Source: Snowella sp. (GTDB lineage: Bacteria; Cyanobacteriota; Cyanobacteriia; Cyanobacteriales; Microcystaceae). Taken from it: DNA of 64,000 nt. The DNA is taken from assembly GCA_035285545.1 (NCBI GenBank), contig JAYKGY010000129.1, forward strand, positions 1 through 64,000, written 5' to 3'. The notes beneath the pieces were generated by a model that saw only the letters and a program-made list of their open reading frames with translations, did not search any database and was not told the origin of the DNA. Numbering within the stretch: the stretch's first letter is position 1; every line of letters starts with the position of its first letter. A program made the position numbers and the translations under genes. Of the stretch, positions 9,476 through 18,515 are shown piece after piece.

Positions 9476-10693
9476 AATTTGCCGAACCCAGGGATGATAC
9501 CAATTGCGAAAACTGTTGCGGAGTCCCCAAGGCCCTGTTGCCCAACTCCCGCCCCGTAGCCCTCGATGTTGCTGATCAAAATAAACTTGGGAATAACCTG
9601 GATAAGGATAGGGTTGAAATTGCCCATAAGGAGCAAACCAGGAGGCTGTCCACTCCCAGACATTGCCTAACATATCGTAGCAACCGTAGTCACTTTTCCC
9701 CGCAGGGTAATGATTAACGGGAGAGGTCTGGCCCAGCAAATAGTTATGGTTACAAAAGGCCGAATCAGGAAATTGATCTCCCCAAGGGTAAAGCCGTTGT
9801 TCTTGATCGCTTTCATCCCAACTAGCCGCCTTTTCCCATTCTGCTTCGGTGGGTAGACGTTTACCGACAAATTGGGCATAGGCTTCCGCTTCGTAATAGC
9901 TCACGCCACAAACAGGATGGTTCATCCAGGCGCGATCGGCTCGCCAATATAAAGGTTGGGTAATGTTTTGCTCGATACGCCATTGCCAGCCCGCTGGTGA
10001 CCAGTAACTAGGATTATCATATCCACCTGTTTCGATAAAAGCTAAATACTGCCCATTAGTAACGGGATATTGATCGATCTGATAACTGTCTAAATAAACG
10101 CGATGAGCAACTCGTTCATTATCTTGGGCCTGTAGGCGATCGCTGCCCAGAATACATTCACCGGCTGGAATCTCGATCAAGTTTGGCTCAATAGTTAAAG
10201 GAGAACTCGAAATAAGCGGAATTTGAACTTGGGTTCCCTGTTGCCAACGCCACAATTCTAATAAAAAGGAAATGGTTTCTCGATGTTGGGTTTCGTGTTG
10301 AATGAGCCACCACCACAGTCGTTCCTGCTTTTCTAACGGTGCATTGTCTAAATAGGCTAAAATCTTCTGTCGGACGGTTTGCAGATAATCTTGGATGATT
10401 TCAAAAGTGGGTAAATGTTGGCGATCGCGTTTAGGTAAACCGTCTGCTGTCAATAAACGTCGATATTGGGGAAATAAGGCTTCTGCTCCCTGACATTGTT
10501 CCAGAATCCAATAGGCTTCGGTAAAGGCAATATGGCCTAAATGCCAACCAATTGGGCTAAAATCGGGATGAATCTGGCAACAAAACAGCTCAGTATCAAG
10601 GTTTTTAAACAAAGCTAAAGTTTCAAGGCGACAAGCATCAAGAGCTTGAGCAATCGTTAGTCGGGGCGGAAGGGGGAAGATCGTTTTGTCCAC
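9449..10693 (-). CDS. egtB: EgtB-family sulfoxide synthase (DinB + FGE-sulfatase), probable ergothioneine biosynthesis
   Basis: SPIGWHLGH, QHETQH metal ligands, RLPTEAEWEKAA, DMLGNVWEW, FRNWY..RQILVGFRC. Confidence 0.8.
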   Translation of the reverse strand: MDKTIFPLPPRLTIAQALDACRLETLALFKNLDTELFCCQIHPDFSPIGWHLGHIAFTEAYWILEQCQGAEALFPQYRRLLTADGLPKRDRQHLPTFEIIQDYLQTVRQKILAYLDNAPLEKQERLWWWLIQHETQHRETISFLLELWRWQQGTQVQIPLISSSPLTIEPNLIEIPAGECILGSDRLQAQDNERVAHRVYLDSYQIDQYPVTNGQYLAFIETGGYDNPSYWSPAGWQWRIEQNITQPLYWRADRAWMNHPVCGVSYYEAEAYAQFVGKRLPTEAEWEKAASWDESDQEQRLYPWGDQFPDSAFCNHNYLLGQTSPVNHYPAGKSDYGCYDMLGNVWEWTASWFAPYGQFQPYPYPGYSQVYFDQQHRGLRGGSWATGPWGLRNSFRNWYHPWVRQILVGFRCAI

Positions 10694-10871
10694 AAACTAA
10701 CCTCTGTCATTGATACTGCGTAGATTTGGATGAATTCTTGAACGACCTTTCAAGCCAGCTCTCCGTTTTACTATATAGCACCCCTGGGCAATCCCAGACA
10801 AGCCTTGAAATTCGCGATCGCGCCTTTGTTAAGATAGATCCATCCTGTGTGCGACAAATTCCCTAAATCCC

Positions 10872-10949
10872 ATGAATGCGCTAACAATAACCTTGTCGGG
10901 TGAAAGGGTATTGCCCGAATTTCCCTTGGATTTAAAAACAATTTGGTAA
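10872..10949 (+). pseudogene. Internally deleted Uma2 (DUF820) endonuclease gene
   Basis: MNALTITLSGERVLPEFPLDLKTIW*: a Uma2-like N-terminus fused in frame to the typical Uma2 C-terminal LSGExVLPxFxLDLxxIW. Confidence 0.65.
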
Positions 10950-11069
10950 TGAATATTGCTCAGGGATTGTGTCACGATAAACCCTAATTATTATTGATTT
11001 TTAGCTGTTAATTTTTATTGCCAGTAAAATCCAAACTTAATGACTCAATTGTAATGACAAAATTATTCC

Positions 11070-11681
11070 ATGGTTGCCGTAGAAACGATTACTTATCCCA
11101 TTGTTGAAACTTTCCATTCCATTCAGGGAGAAGGAGCCTGGGCGGGTTGTAATGCCTTTTTTATCCGCCTCGGTGGTTGTGATATCCATTGTCCCTGGTG
11201 TGATCAAAAAGAAACCTGGAATGCTAAACGATATCCCCAACAATCTGTCCAATTCCTAGTAGAACAAGCAAAATCTGTGAATCCGGCGATCGTGATTATT
11301 ACGGGAGGAGAACCATTACTTTATGACCTTTTTCCTCTTACTCAAGAATTACGTCATCAGGGACTTCGGGTTCACCTAGAAACGTCTGGAGCACATCCTT
11401 TTAGCGGCTTGTTTGATTGGGTCACCTTTTCCCCAAAGCCCTACAAACTGCCCCATCCCAGCATTTATGAACATGCCAGCGAATTAAAAATCATTATTAG
11501 CCAAAAAGAAGATTTTCAATGGGCAGAAGAACAGGCAAAACAGGTTTTGGATAATAATTGGAAATATTTACAACCAGAGTGGAATCATCCCGATAGCCAG
11601 CAATTAATTTTTGACTATATTTTGCACCATCCTCAATGGCGAATGAGTTTACAAACCCATAAATTTTTGGGGGTTCGCTAA
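11070..11681 (+). CDS. queE: 7-carboxy-7-deazaguanine synthase (radical SAM)
   Basis: ETFHSIQGEG, CDIHCPWCD, TGGEP and SLQTHK. Confidence 0.93.
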   Translation: MVAVETITYPIVETFHSIQGEGAWAGCNAFFIRLGGCDIHCPWCDQKETWNAKRYPQQSVQFLVEQAKSVNPAIVIITGGEPLLYDLFPLTQELRHQGLRVHLETSGAHPFSGLFDWVTFSPKPYKLPHPSIYEHASELKIIISQKEDFQWAEEQAKQVLDNNWKYLQPEWNHPDSQQLIFDYILHHPQWRMSLQTHKFLGVR

Positions 11682-11869
11682 TCTGCAATTTATCCATCTA
11701 AGACGCGCCAGGAGTTGATTGCTTAAAAAAACTTAAATCCTCTACTCTAAACCGTTCGAGCTAGAAGCGAACCGATATAATGAAATACGTTGATTCCTTT
11801 GATCTCTTGAGGATGCGATCGCTGAATTTTTTAAGCAAGATTTCCAAGATTATTGAGTAGGATAAACCT

Positions 11870-12988
11870 ATGTTAGATACCATTATTATTCTTTTATTCG
11901 TCTTCGCGATCGCAGGAATCGGCTTTGATAGTGTAGATTTACTCCCCGAATCAGTTCGAGTCCAAATCTCTAACATCGAAGCCCTACGTTGGTTAGCGGC
12001 AGGATTTACCTCCATCATCGGCTTAGCATTAGGATTAGTCGCCCAAACCACCTATCGACGGCTAGAAAAACAAATTCGTCAGACTCCGATTGAAACCATT
12101 CTGACCCGTGCCGTTGGCTTAGTCATTGGGTTGTTAATTGCCAACTTAATGTTAGCACCGATATTTTTATTGCCCATTCCTGCTGAATTTTCATTTATTA
12201 AACCAACAATGGCCATTCTAGGGAGCGTTACCTCTGCTTTTTTAGGAATTAGTTTAGCCGATACCCACGGACGTACTTTCTTAAGGCTGATTAATCCAAA
12301 TAGCATTGAAACCATGCTAGTGGCAGAAGGCACCCTCCAACCTGTTGCCCCCAAAATTTTAGACACCAGTTGCATTATTGACGGTCGGATTGAACAGTTA
12401 CTTGATACGGGTTTTATTGAAGGTCAGGTCTTAGTTCCCCAATTTGTGCTAGCAGAACTACAACAACTGGCCGATACCAGCAACGATCAAAAACGAGTCA
12501 GAGGGCGACGGGGATTAGACATTTTAGGACGCATTCAAGAAGCCTTTCCTGAGCGTATTGTTATTCATTCCGCCGATTATGAAGATATTAATACCGTAGA
12601 TGCCAAATTAGTTCATTTAGCACAAGAAATTAACGGGATGTTACTCACGAATGACTATAACTTAAGTAAAGTGGCTAATTTGCAAAAAGTTACCATTCTC
12701 AACGTTAATGATTTAGCCCAAGCCCTTCGTCCCATTTATCTCCCTGGCGATCCCCTGGATTTGAAATTACTCAAACAAGGTAAAGAACCGACCCAAGGGA
12801 TTGGTTACTTAGAAGATGGAACAATGGTGGTGGTAGAAGGAGGGCGCGATTTATTAGGTTCAGAGATTCGTGTGATTGTCACCTCTGCCTTACAAACCTC
12901 CGCAGGACGCATGATTTTTGCCAAGCCTCAATCTGTAATTGCTGCAAATGGAATGTCAACAGCCCAGGAAGTTTCTGCCAATCAATAA
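11870..12988 (+). CDS. Membrane PIN/TRAM domain protein (YacL-like)
   Basis: N-terminal TM helices, LDTSCIIDGR, RGRRGLDIL, TNDYNL, GYLEDGTMVVVE, LQTSAGRMIF. Confidence 0.92.
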   Translation: MLDTIIILLFVFAIAGIGFDSVDLLPESVRVQISNIEALRWLAAGFTSIIGLALGLVAQTTYRRLEKQIRQTPIETILTRAVGLVIGLLIANLMLAPIFLLPIPAEFSFIKPTMAILGSVTSAFLGISLADTHGRTFLRLINPNSIETMLVAEGTLQPVAPKILDTSCIIDGRIEQLLDTGFIEGQVLVPQFVLAELQQLADTSNDQKRVRGRRGLDILGRIQEAFPERIVIHSADYEDINTVDAKLVHLAQEINGMLLTNDYNLSKVANLQKVTILNVNDLAQALRPIYLPGDPLDLKLLKQGKEPTQGIGYLEDGTMVVVEGGRDLLGSEIRVIVTSALQTSAGRMIFAKPQSVIAANGMSTAQEVSANQ

Positions 12989-12989
12989 G

Positions 12990-13174
12990 TGGGCTTTGAT
13001 AGGGGTCAGAGCCATGACTCCTCAACGGGTTGCTAAGACGTTATTACGGGGACTGGAACGCGATCGCACGGAAATTCTAATCGGTTGGCAGAGTCACATG
13101 GCAGTTTGGTGTCAACGCTTTGCCCCTGGTTATTGAATCGCATTTTAGTCTTTGCCATGCCCCAATTAGCTTAA
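12990..13174 (+). pseudogene. 3' fragment of an SDR oxidoreductase, frameshifted
   Basis: MTPQRVAKTLLRGLERDRTEILIGWQSHMAVWCQRFAP, then after a 1-nt shift WLLNRILVFAMPQLA*; resembles cyanobacterial SDR C-termini; no N-terminal Rossmann part. Confidence 0.6.
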
Positions 13175-13327
13175 GCCTAAATCCGAACAAATCTTTGCCA
13201 GGATCAGTTTAAATTTGCTGGAATAAGTGAATTGGCTGATCCATTTTGGCTGGGCCTCTCCCAGGCTTACAATAGAATTACCCTAATTAATTTCACTCTC
13301 TCAATTGAGCTTTATTCAATACTAAAT

Positions 13328-13861
13328 ATGATGGATGATAATCTTCCCATTGTTTATTTATCTGGACTATTGATTTTACTCGGCGGTCTAGCGGTTTTTG
13401 TGATTCGCGAGATCTTCAAAACTCGTCAAGTAGAAAGTACCTTTGCCAATTTACAACGTAAGCTCGCCAAAGAAAAAGGTTCTGCTCAAGAATACTATCA
13501 ATTGGGTAGTATCTATTTAGACAAAAAACTCTATATTCAATCCGTTAATCTGTTCCAAAAAGCGTTAAAAGTGAGTGATAAGATTGAACCCGAAAATCAA
13601 GCCTTAATTTATAATGCCTTGGGTTTTGCCTATTTTGCTCAGGAACAATATGATTTAGCAATTCGCAATTATCGAGAAGCCATTAAACTTTATCCTGAAT
13701 ACGCGATCGCGCTGAATAATTTGGGAAATGTGTATGAAAAGAAACAATTAATTTCCAAAGCGGTTGAAACCTATGGAGAAACCTTAAAAATTGATCCGAA
13801 TAATAAAACAGCGAAACGTCGCTTTGAATCGTTACAAAAACGGGTAGTCGAAACCTCGTAG
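13328..13861 (+). CDS. ycf37: TPR protein, photosystem I assembly Ycf37/Pyg7-like
   Basis: N-terminal TM (VYLSGLLILLGG) plus TPRs (LGSIYLDKKLY, IYNALGFAYFAQEQYDLAIRNY). Confidence 0.85.
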   Translation: MMDDNLPIVYLSGLLILLGGLAVFVIREIFKTRQVESTFANLQRKLAKEKGSAQEYYQLGSIYLDKKLYIQSVNLFQKALKVSDKIEPENQALIYNALGFAYFAQEQYDLAIRNYREAIKLYPEYAIALNNLGNVYEKKQLISKAVETYGETLKIDPNNKTAKRRFESLQKRVVETS

Positions 13862-13925
13862 AGTAGGAATTGAATGAACCGGCTTAATGATCGCTGGTGA
13901 TTGAATAATGCGGGCCCGTATCCAT

Positions 13926-14150
13926 CCTTCGATAATTGAATACTCTTGACGCACTCCCCTCCCTAAAGCGAGAGGATTCTTAAGATATTTTCACTCTTAA
14001 AGGCTGGGCCAAAACAGCCACTACCCACTCCGAATTAAATCCATTGTGGCTACTTTTACGACCAATATTCGCAGATCCATTAATATCAGCATTAATCAAA
14101 TGTCCTTGACGAGTCCGATACAGACCACGCTTAACCCGCTTTCCAGAGAA
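13926..14150 (-). ncRNA. Predicted omega/reRNA: scaffold overlapping the tnpB 3' end, guide from the flank (GAGTATTCAATTATCGAAGG)
   Basis: Inferred from known TnpB biology; the 5' boundary is a guess. Confidence 0.45.
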
Positions 14151-15349
14151 TTGATATTCTTGCGGATTGTCGGGATTGTAAATAGGGATGTCGTCGCCGT
14201 CCAAAAAGCTTGCTTTACTGGAATAGGACTCTTCTTGTTCTCGATAGGAAAATCCATATCGTTCACAAAGACCCTTGAGTTTATTTCTCAGGCTCCAAAG
14301 CGGTATTTGGACAAAGTTTTGATTGTTTCTGCTGCCAATGTTAATATCCTGCTTCATGCCAGGGTTAACCCCAACAATAATCGTTCCCACCTGATTCTTG
14401 ATACACCAATCGATAATATATCGAGCCGTTTTATTCAGGTAATCACGAACCTTGTTGTTTCGGTTAATGGTCAATCTGGCTTGACATTCTGTAGTTCCCC
14501 TAATCTTTTGCAAGTCCTTAATACTCTGCAATCTCGCATTTTCCTTGTTCCACCATTGGTTAATTGCTTTCAACGGCCTTCCATCCACAATAAAGGATGC
14601 CCCAGTGGTACTAAAACAAGCAGCGAGGTTGTTGAGTCCCAGATCAATTGCAAGAGCATTTTCTGTGTCTACAGTTTGTGGTTCGGGTTCCTGTTCAACG
14701 ATGTATTCGATTTCAAAAAATCGAGCATTGTATTTTGGGAGAATCCGAACCTCTTTCAAGGTTTTACCTACCAATCTTTCTGGGAACGGAATACGAATGG
14801 AACCATATTCCTTCCTGAAAGCATTGGACATGGGAATCTCAAAGAATCCTTCTTTAATTTTGATTCGTGGCATAATCAAGGGGAAGTAACCCTCTTTGGG
14901 CAAGTATTTCGGCAACCGAATTTGCTCAAAGCGATACAGCCCATTTTGTGTGGCTCTGATCAATTTAAAGAACGAGCGAAACGATCTATCTACCACCTTC
15001 AGCGTTTGCTGTGCAATATCGGTATTGAGAAGTTTATAATTCTCATTCCCTTTGCATTGGTGATAATTCGATTCGTATTTCAAAAATCTCTTTTCCGCAA
15101 AATAGAACTGCCTGATCGAGTAAAGCCCTACGTTGTAGAGGTTCTTGCTCAATCGGCACAGTTCTCTCAGGGCAAAAAACTCTTGCTTACTGAGATCTCT
15201 GAGTTGACATTTTTGCGTGAGATACATACCTTAATTTCGCTAGTTAATATTTATATTAGCGAAAGACTAGGGTTTTGTGTTTGGCAGTCTTTGACTGCCT
15301 CTCCTATCCCTCCCCACCCTAAAGTGTGGGGTTTCTCGTAGGTTTTTCG
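13946..15349 (-). mobile_element. IS200/IS605-family (IS1341-type) tnpB-only element, about 1404 bp
   Basis: Right end GAATCCTCTCGCTTTAGGGAGGGGAGTGCGTCAA (ends in TCAA at 13946); left end with related hairpin GAAACCCCACACTTTAGGGTGGGGAG, preceded by TTCAT; no tnpA; no HIP1 seen. Confidence 0.85.
13980..15227 (-). CDS. tnpB: RNA-guided endonuclease TnpB
   Basis: SKNLYN HTH region, LAIDLGLNN (RuvC-I), QEESYSSK, INADINGSANI (RuvC-III). Confidence 0.93.
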   Translation of the reverse strand: MYLTQKCQLRDLSKQEFFALRELCRLSKNLYNVGLYSIRQFYFAEKRFLKYESNYHQCKGNENYKLLNTDIAQQTLKVVDRSFRSFFKLIRATQNGLYRFEQIRLPKYLPKEGYFPLIMPRIKIKEGFFEIPMSNAFRKEYGSIRIPFPERLVGKTLKEVRILPKYNARFFEIEYIVEQEPEPQTVDTENALAIDLGLNNLAACFSTTGASFIVDGRPLKAINQWWNKENARLQSIKDLQKIRGTTECQARLTINRNNKVRDYLNKTARYIIDWCIKNQVGTIIVGVNPGMKQDINIGSRNNQNFVQIPLWSLRNKLKGLCERYGFSYREQEESYSSKASFLDGDDIPIYNPDNPQEYQFSGKRVKRGLYRTRQGHLINADINGSANIGRKSSHNGFNSEWVVAVLAQPLRVKIS

Positions 15350-15814
15350 ATGAATATGCACTCTAAGTATGAAGAACTCTGTCAACTCTATGCCCAAGCG
15401 CGACAAGCTTCGCTTCAATCAATCGAGGTTTGTCAACTGTTTGCAGAGCTATTCATTGTGGGGATGGAAAATTATTTTCAATGTTCGATTGAAATTCCTA
15501 ACTATAGCTTTGATGAACAGGGATCGATGCATTTTTATCCCGCGATCGCGCTTTATGCCGATCCCTTACAACCGGAAGAAGCCCAATCAGAATTAGTGGT
15601 TATTTCTATCTCTTTAGAGAAGTATGAAGATTGCTATGGATTAACGCTTTTCCCCTGGGAAGAATCCTTTCAGGTGGTCGAAAGCCAGAAGGAAACGTTT
15701 ATTCCTGTTTATGATTTTATTTTTGAGAAAATTAAAGAATCCTATGCTAACTCCATGATTGCCGTGAATCATCATACCAATCGAGCAATCCGTAATTTAG
15801 GGTGGGATAGTTAA
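15350..15814 (+). CDS. Hypothetical cyanobacterial protein
   Basis: ATG at 15350 abuts the IS left end; host-like codon use and HIP1 sites; the GTG at 15326 lies inside the IS. Confidence 0.75.
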   Translation: MNMHSKYEELCQLYAQARQASLQSIEVCQLFAELFIVGMENYFQCSIEIPNYSFDEQGSMHFYPAIALYADPLQPEEAQSELVVISISLEKYEDCYGLTLFPWEESFQVVESQKETFIPVYDFIFEKIKESYANSMIAVNHHTNRAIRNLGWDS

Positions 15815-15825
15815 TGGCCAGCTAA

Positions 15826-17814
15826 CTATTTCAGAATAAAACTAAGAATTAAAAGCGCGATCGCTATCCCCCATCGCCACAGTAGCGGGTAGCATTTAAC
15901 AGCCATTGTCCCAATTTCAATTTGCTTCAGCGTTAGATAGGGGGCAAAGTTGCGTCGAAAACTCCCACTTACTTTGAGTGATTGGCTTAATAACATCTTC
16001 TCTGCCGGATTCATCGTAAATAATTTTTGCCAAGCCTTCCCCAGAAAAGTCGCCTTCACCGCAATAATGGCTTTTTGATCCTGAAAATATAGCCAAGTCC
16101 CCCACCCGCTTTTATATCGAAGAGCCTGTAATTCCCCTTCCCAATTGACCCGATGATTCCAAATAGGACTGGTGCCATCTGTATAAAACAGAGATTGAAT
16201 CGATTTGTTACTAGGACGCTGATAGGAAAACGTTAAAAGCAAGGTTTGTAGTAACAATCCCAACCCCAACCCCAATAAGATTAAGCTCATTGCTTGAGGC
16301 AGCGATCGCGTTGAAGTCATCTTCGTTAGGAGAAACACAGTGAAAATTCCCCATAGGGGGAGAAATAATAGATTTAACTCCCAAAAAAAGCGCAAATAAG
16401 CCACCCAACGCTTACGTTTTGTCGCTAGCTGTCGAAGTTGAGCAATGTTAAAAAAGGTTCGGAGATCGAGTTGTTCAGCGTAGTGCGTTAACACTTGAAA
16501 CCGTTTACCATTCAAAGGATGGGAACTTATTAATTCATAAACAGAAGACCAGGGATTAAACACATCCCAATAAATACTCGGTTCAATTTTTTCAGCGTTA
16601 AAAAAGAAGGCTTTTTCTGCGATCGCGGAAGGTTGAGTTCCCAAGCTCGAAAAATTCTGCATTCCTGCGAAAAAAGGAGCGGCTTGCTCAGCCTGTAAAT
16701 CTTGTTGGATTCTAATTACCGGAATTTTCATCAAAGCATAGAGTAACGCATTGGGATTGCCTGTTTGCGTAACGGCAAAATGATCGGCGTAATACTCCCG
16801 AGTGCGAGAGAGGTAACGATTAAAAAAGTCATTCAACTGAAAAAGCCCGTAACAAACCAAGGAAACCGGAACCGTCAGAAGCCGCCATCGTGAATCCTGC
16901 TGTGCCCCCTTCTCACACCATAAATAGGCTAAATAAAACCATTGTCCCCAACCGGAAGCCACCGTCATTGCTCGAAAATCTTGATGAATAATATGTCCCA
17001 TTTCATGGGCATACATGACGGCAATTTCTTCGTCTGATAGATATTTTAATAATCCTTGACTGACGACAATACTCGCTTGGGCAACCGAGAGGCCATAGGT
17101 AAAAATAATCGGGCGGTCATCGGGAATCAAGCCTAAACGGGGCAACTTTAAACGATACTCTCGACAAAGACGGAGCAGTAAATCCCCAGCTTCTGGGCTA
17201 TAACGCTGAATATCGCTTAAGGTAATCGGTTGGGTTTGATAAAAGCGGGCTTGGAGTTGATCGATTAACCAACTGCTTAGCAGGGCAAATAGCCCATTCA
17301 TGAGTAGGGTTGCCAATAGGGCATAAAGACTTATCGTAGTCAGGGAAAGGTTTGATCCGATGGCTAAAAGACCCCAAATAAGGACAAATCCGAAAATTAC
17401 TGGCCAAATGAGAGTTATTCCGATGGCAAATTTAAGGCTATCGGCCACTTTAGGCATTAACAGTTGGATATTGCTGAGATCTCCTTGCCTGGAATGATAA
17501 AAACTGGATTCTGCCTGTTCTTCTATTTTTTCATCCACCAGAAGGAGCTTTAAAATTGACTCCCCCCACTCTCTGACTTCTGTATGGGGAGAATGAATAA
17601 AGGCTTGACAAAGGGCGATCGCTTTTTCATCTTCTCCTAGCCCCCTATAGGCCCTTACCAAAGACATTTGGGCTTGAACAAAGTAAGGAGATTCGACATC
17701 TGGACAACACTCACAAAAATCCTCTAATTTCGCGATCGCGTCTTCATAATTCTGTTGTTGCAAAGAACGCAGGCCCTTTTGTAATTTTTTTAGGGATTCT
17801 TCGGGTGTGATCAT
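15826..17814 (-). CDS. htpX: M48/HtpX-family zinc metalloprotease with N-terminal TPR-like domain
   Basis: AHEMGH, SRTREYYAD and SSHPLNGKR; several TM segments. Confidence 0.85.
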   Translation of the reverse strand: MITPEESLKKLQKGLRSLQQQNYEDAIAKLEDFCECCPDVESPYFVQAQMSLVRAYRGLGEDEKAIALCQAFIHSPHTEVREWGESILKLLLVDEKIEEQAESSFYHSRQGDLSNIQLLMPKVADSLKFAIGITLIWPVIFGFVLIWGLLAIGSNLSLTTISLYALLATLLMNGLFALLSSWLIDQLQARFYQTQPITLSDIQRYSPEAGDLLLRLCREYRLKLPRLGLIPDDRPIIFTYGLSVAQASIVVSQGLLKYLSDEEIAVMYAHEMGHIIHQDFRAMTVASGWGQWFYLAYLWCEKGAQQDSRWRLLTVPVSLVCYGLFQLNDFFNRYLSRTREYYADHFAVTQTGNPNALLYALMKIPVIRIQQDLQAEQAAPFFAGMQNFSSLGTQPSAIAEKAFFFNAEKIEPSIYWDVFNPWSSVYELISSHPLNGKRFQVLTHYAEQLDLRTFFNIAQLRQLATKRKRWVAYLRFFWELNLLFLPLWGIFTVFLLTKMTSTRSLPQAMSLILLGLGLGLLLQTLLLTFSYQRPSNKSIQSLFYTDGTSPIWNHRVNWEGELQALRYKSGWGTWLYFQDQKAIIAVKATFLGKAWQKLFTMNPAEKMLLSQSLKVSGSFRRNFAPYLTLKQIEIGTMAVKCYPLLWRWGIAIALLILSFILK

Positions 17815-18041
17815 AACCAGGTTAAAAAACAATAACAATGTTCCCTTTCCAGCGATATTTTATTTTGATCAGAAAAGGAAAAACTATACTGATTATGTTA
17901 CATTTCTATACTTTTAGTCCCTAAAATCCGTTTTACACCTACTGAAGCGTTTTCTGATGGCTTTTTAAGACTCATCCCTCAGGCTGCCTAAGGGGTTAGA
18001 GAGAAAGTCAATTTCTGCTAATTATAGAAATTTAGAACTAA

Positions 18042-18515
18042 TTAGGACTGCATATTTTGTGTTTGTTCATCTTCGCGTTTCTCTTTTTCTCGCAATCGGC
18101 ATTGCAGACGGGATAAGGATTCGCGATCGCTGATGGGCAATCGGGGTAAGGGTAAATCTAAATTGGGCCACATTGGCATATCGGCACAAGGACATAAATT
18201 AACGAAAGGATGACCATGATTGGCCGGAATAGGCAAAGAACAACGCCCACAATTAACAATTTCCCAATGAGCGGTTAATAATTCTTTGATCGTCTGCTCG
18301 GTTCCGTCTAAATAGCAATCTTCCGATGAACTGAGAATATCTTTCCAGTATTCTTCAAAAATTGCTGAAAAACGCTCCCCTTCAAAAACCGGATTGGGGA
18401 GTAGAACTCTCTGGCTTTTTGGCATGATCACGCCTTTACCCAACTGAAACCAATAGGCGAGATATTCTTTTACTTCAATTGCTGATGCCATATCGGGAAA
18501 TGTATCCTCTGCCAT
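18042..18515 (-). CDS. Conserved cyanobacterial hypothetical protein with Cys cluster
   Basis: VKEYLAYWFQLGK, CYLDGTEQTI, CGRC..CPC..WPN. Confidence 0.8.
   Translation of the reverse strand: MAEDTFPDMASAIEVKEYLAYWFQLGKGVIMPKSQRVLLPNPVFEGERFSAIFEEYWKDILSSSEDCYLDGTEQTIKELLTAHWEIVNCGRCSLPIPANHGHPFVNLCPCADMPMWPNLDLPLPRLPISDRESLSRLQCRLREKEKREDEQTQNMQS

Noticed and set aside
15326..15349. GTG start extending the hypothetical gene by 8 codons
   Set aside because: Lies inside the IS left end; ATG at 15350 fits the reconstructed empty site
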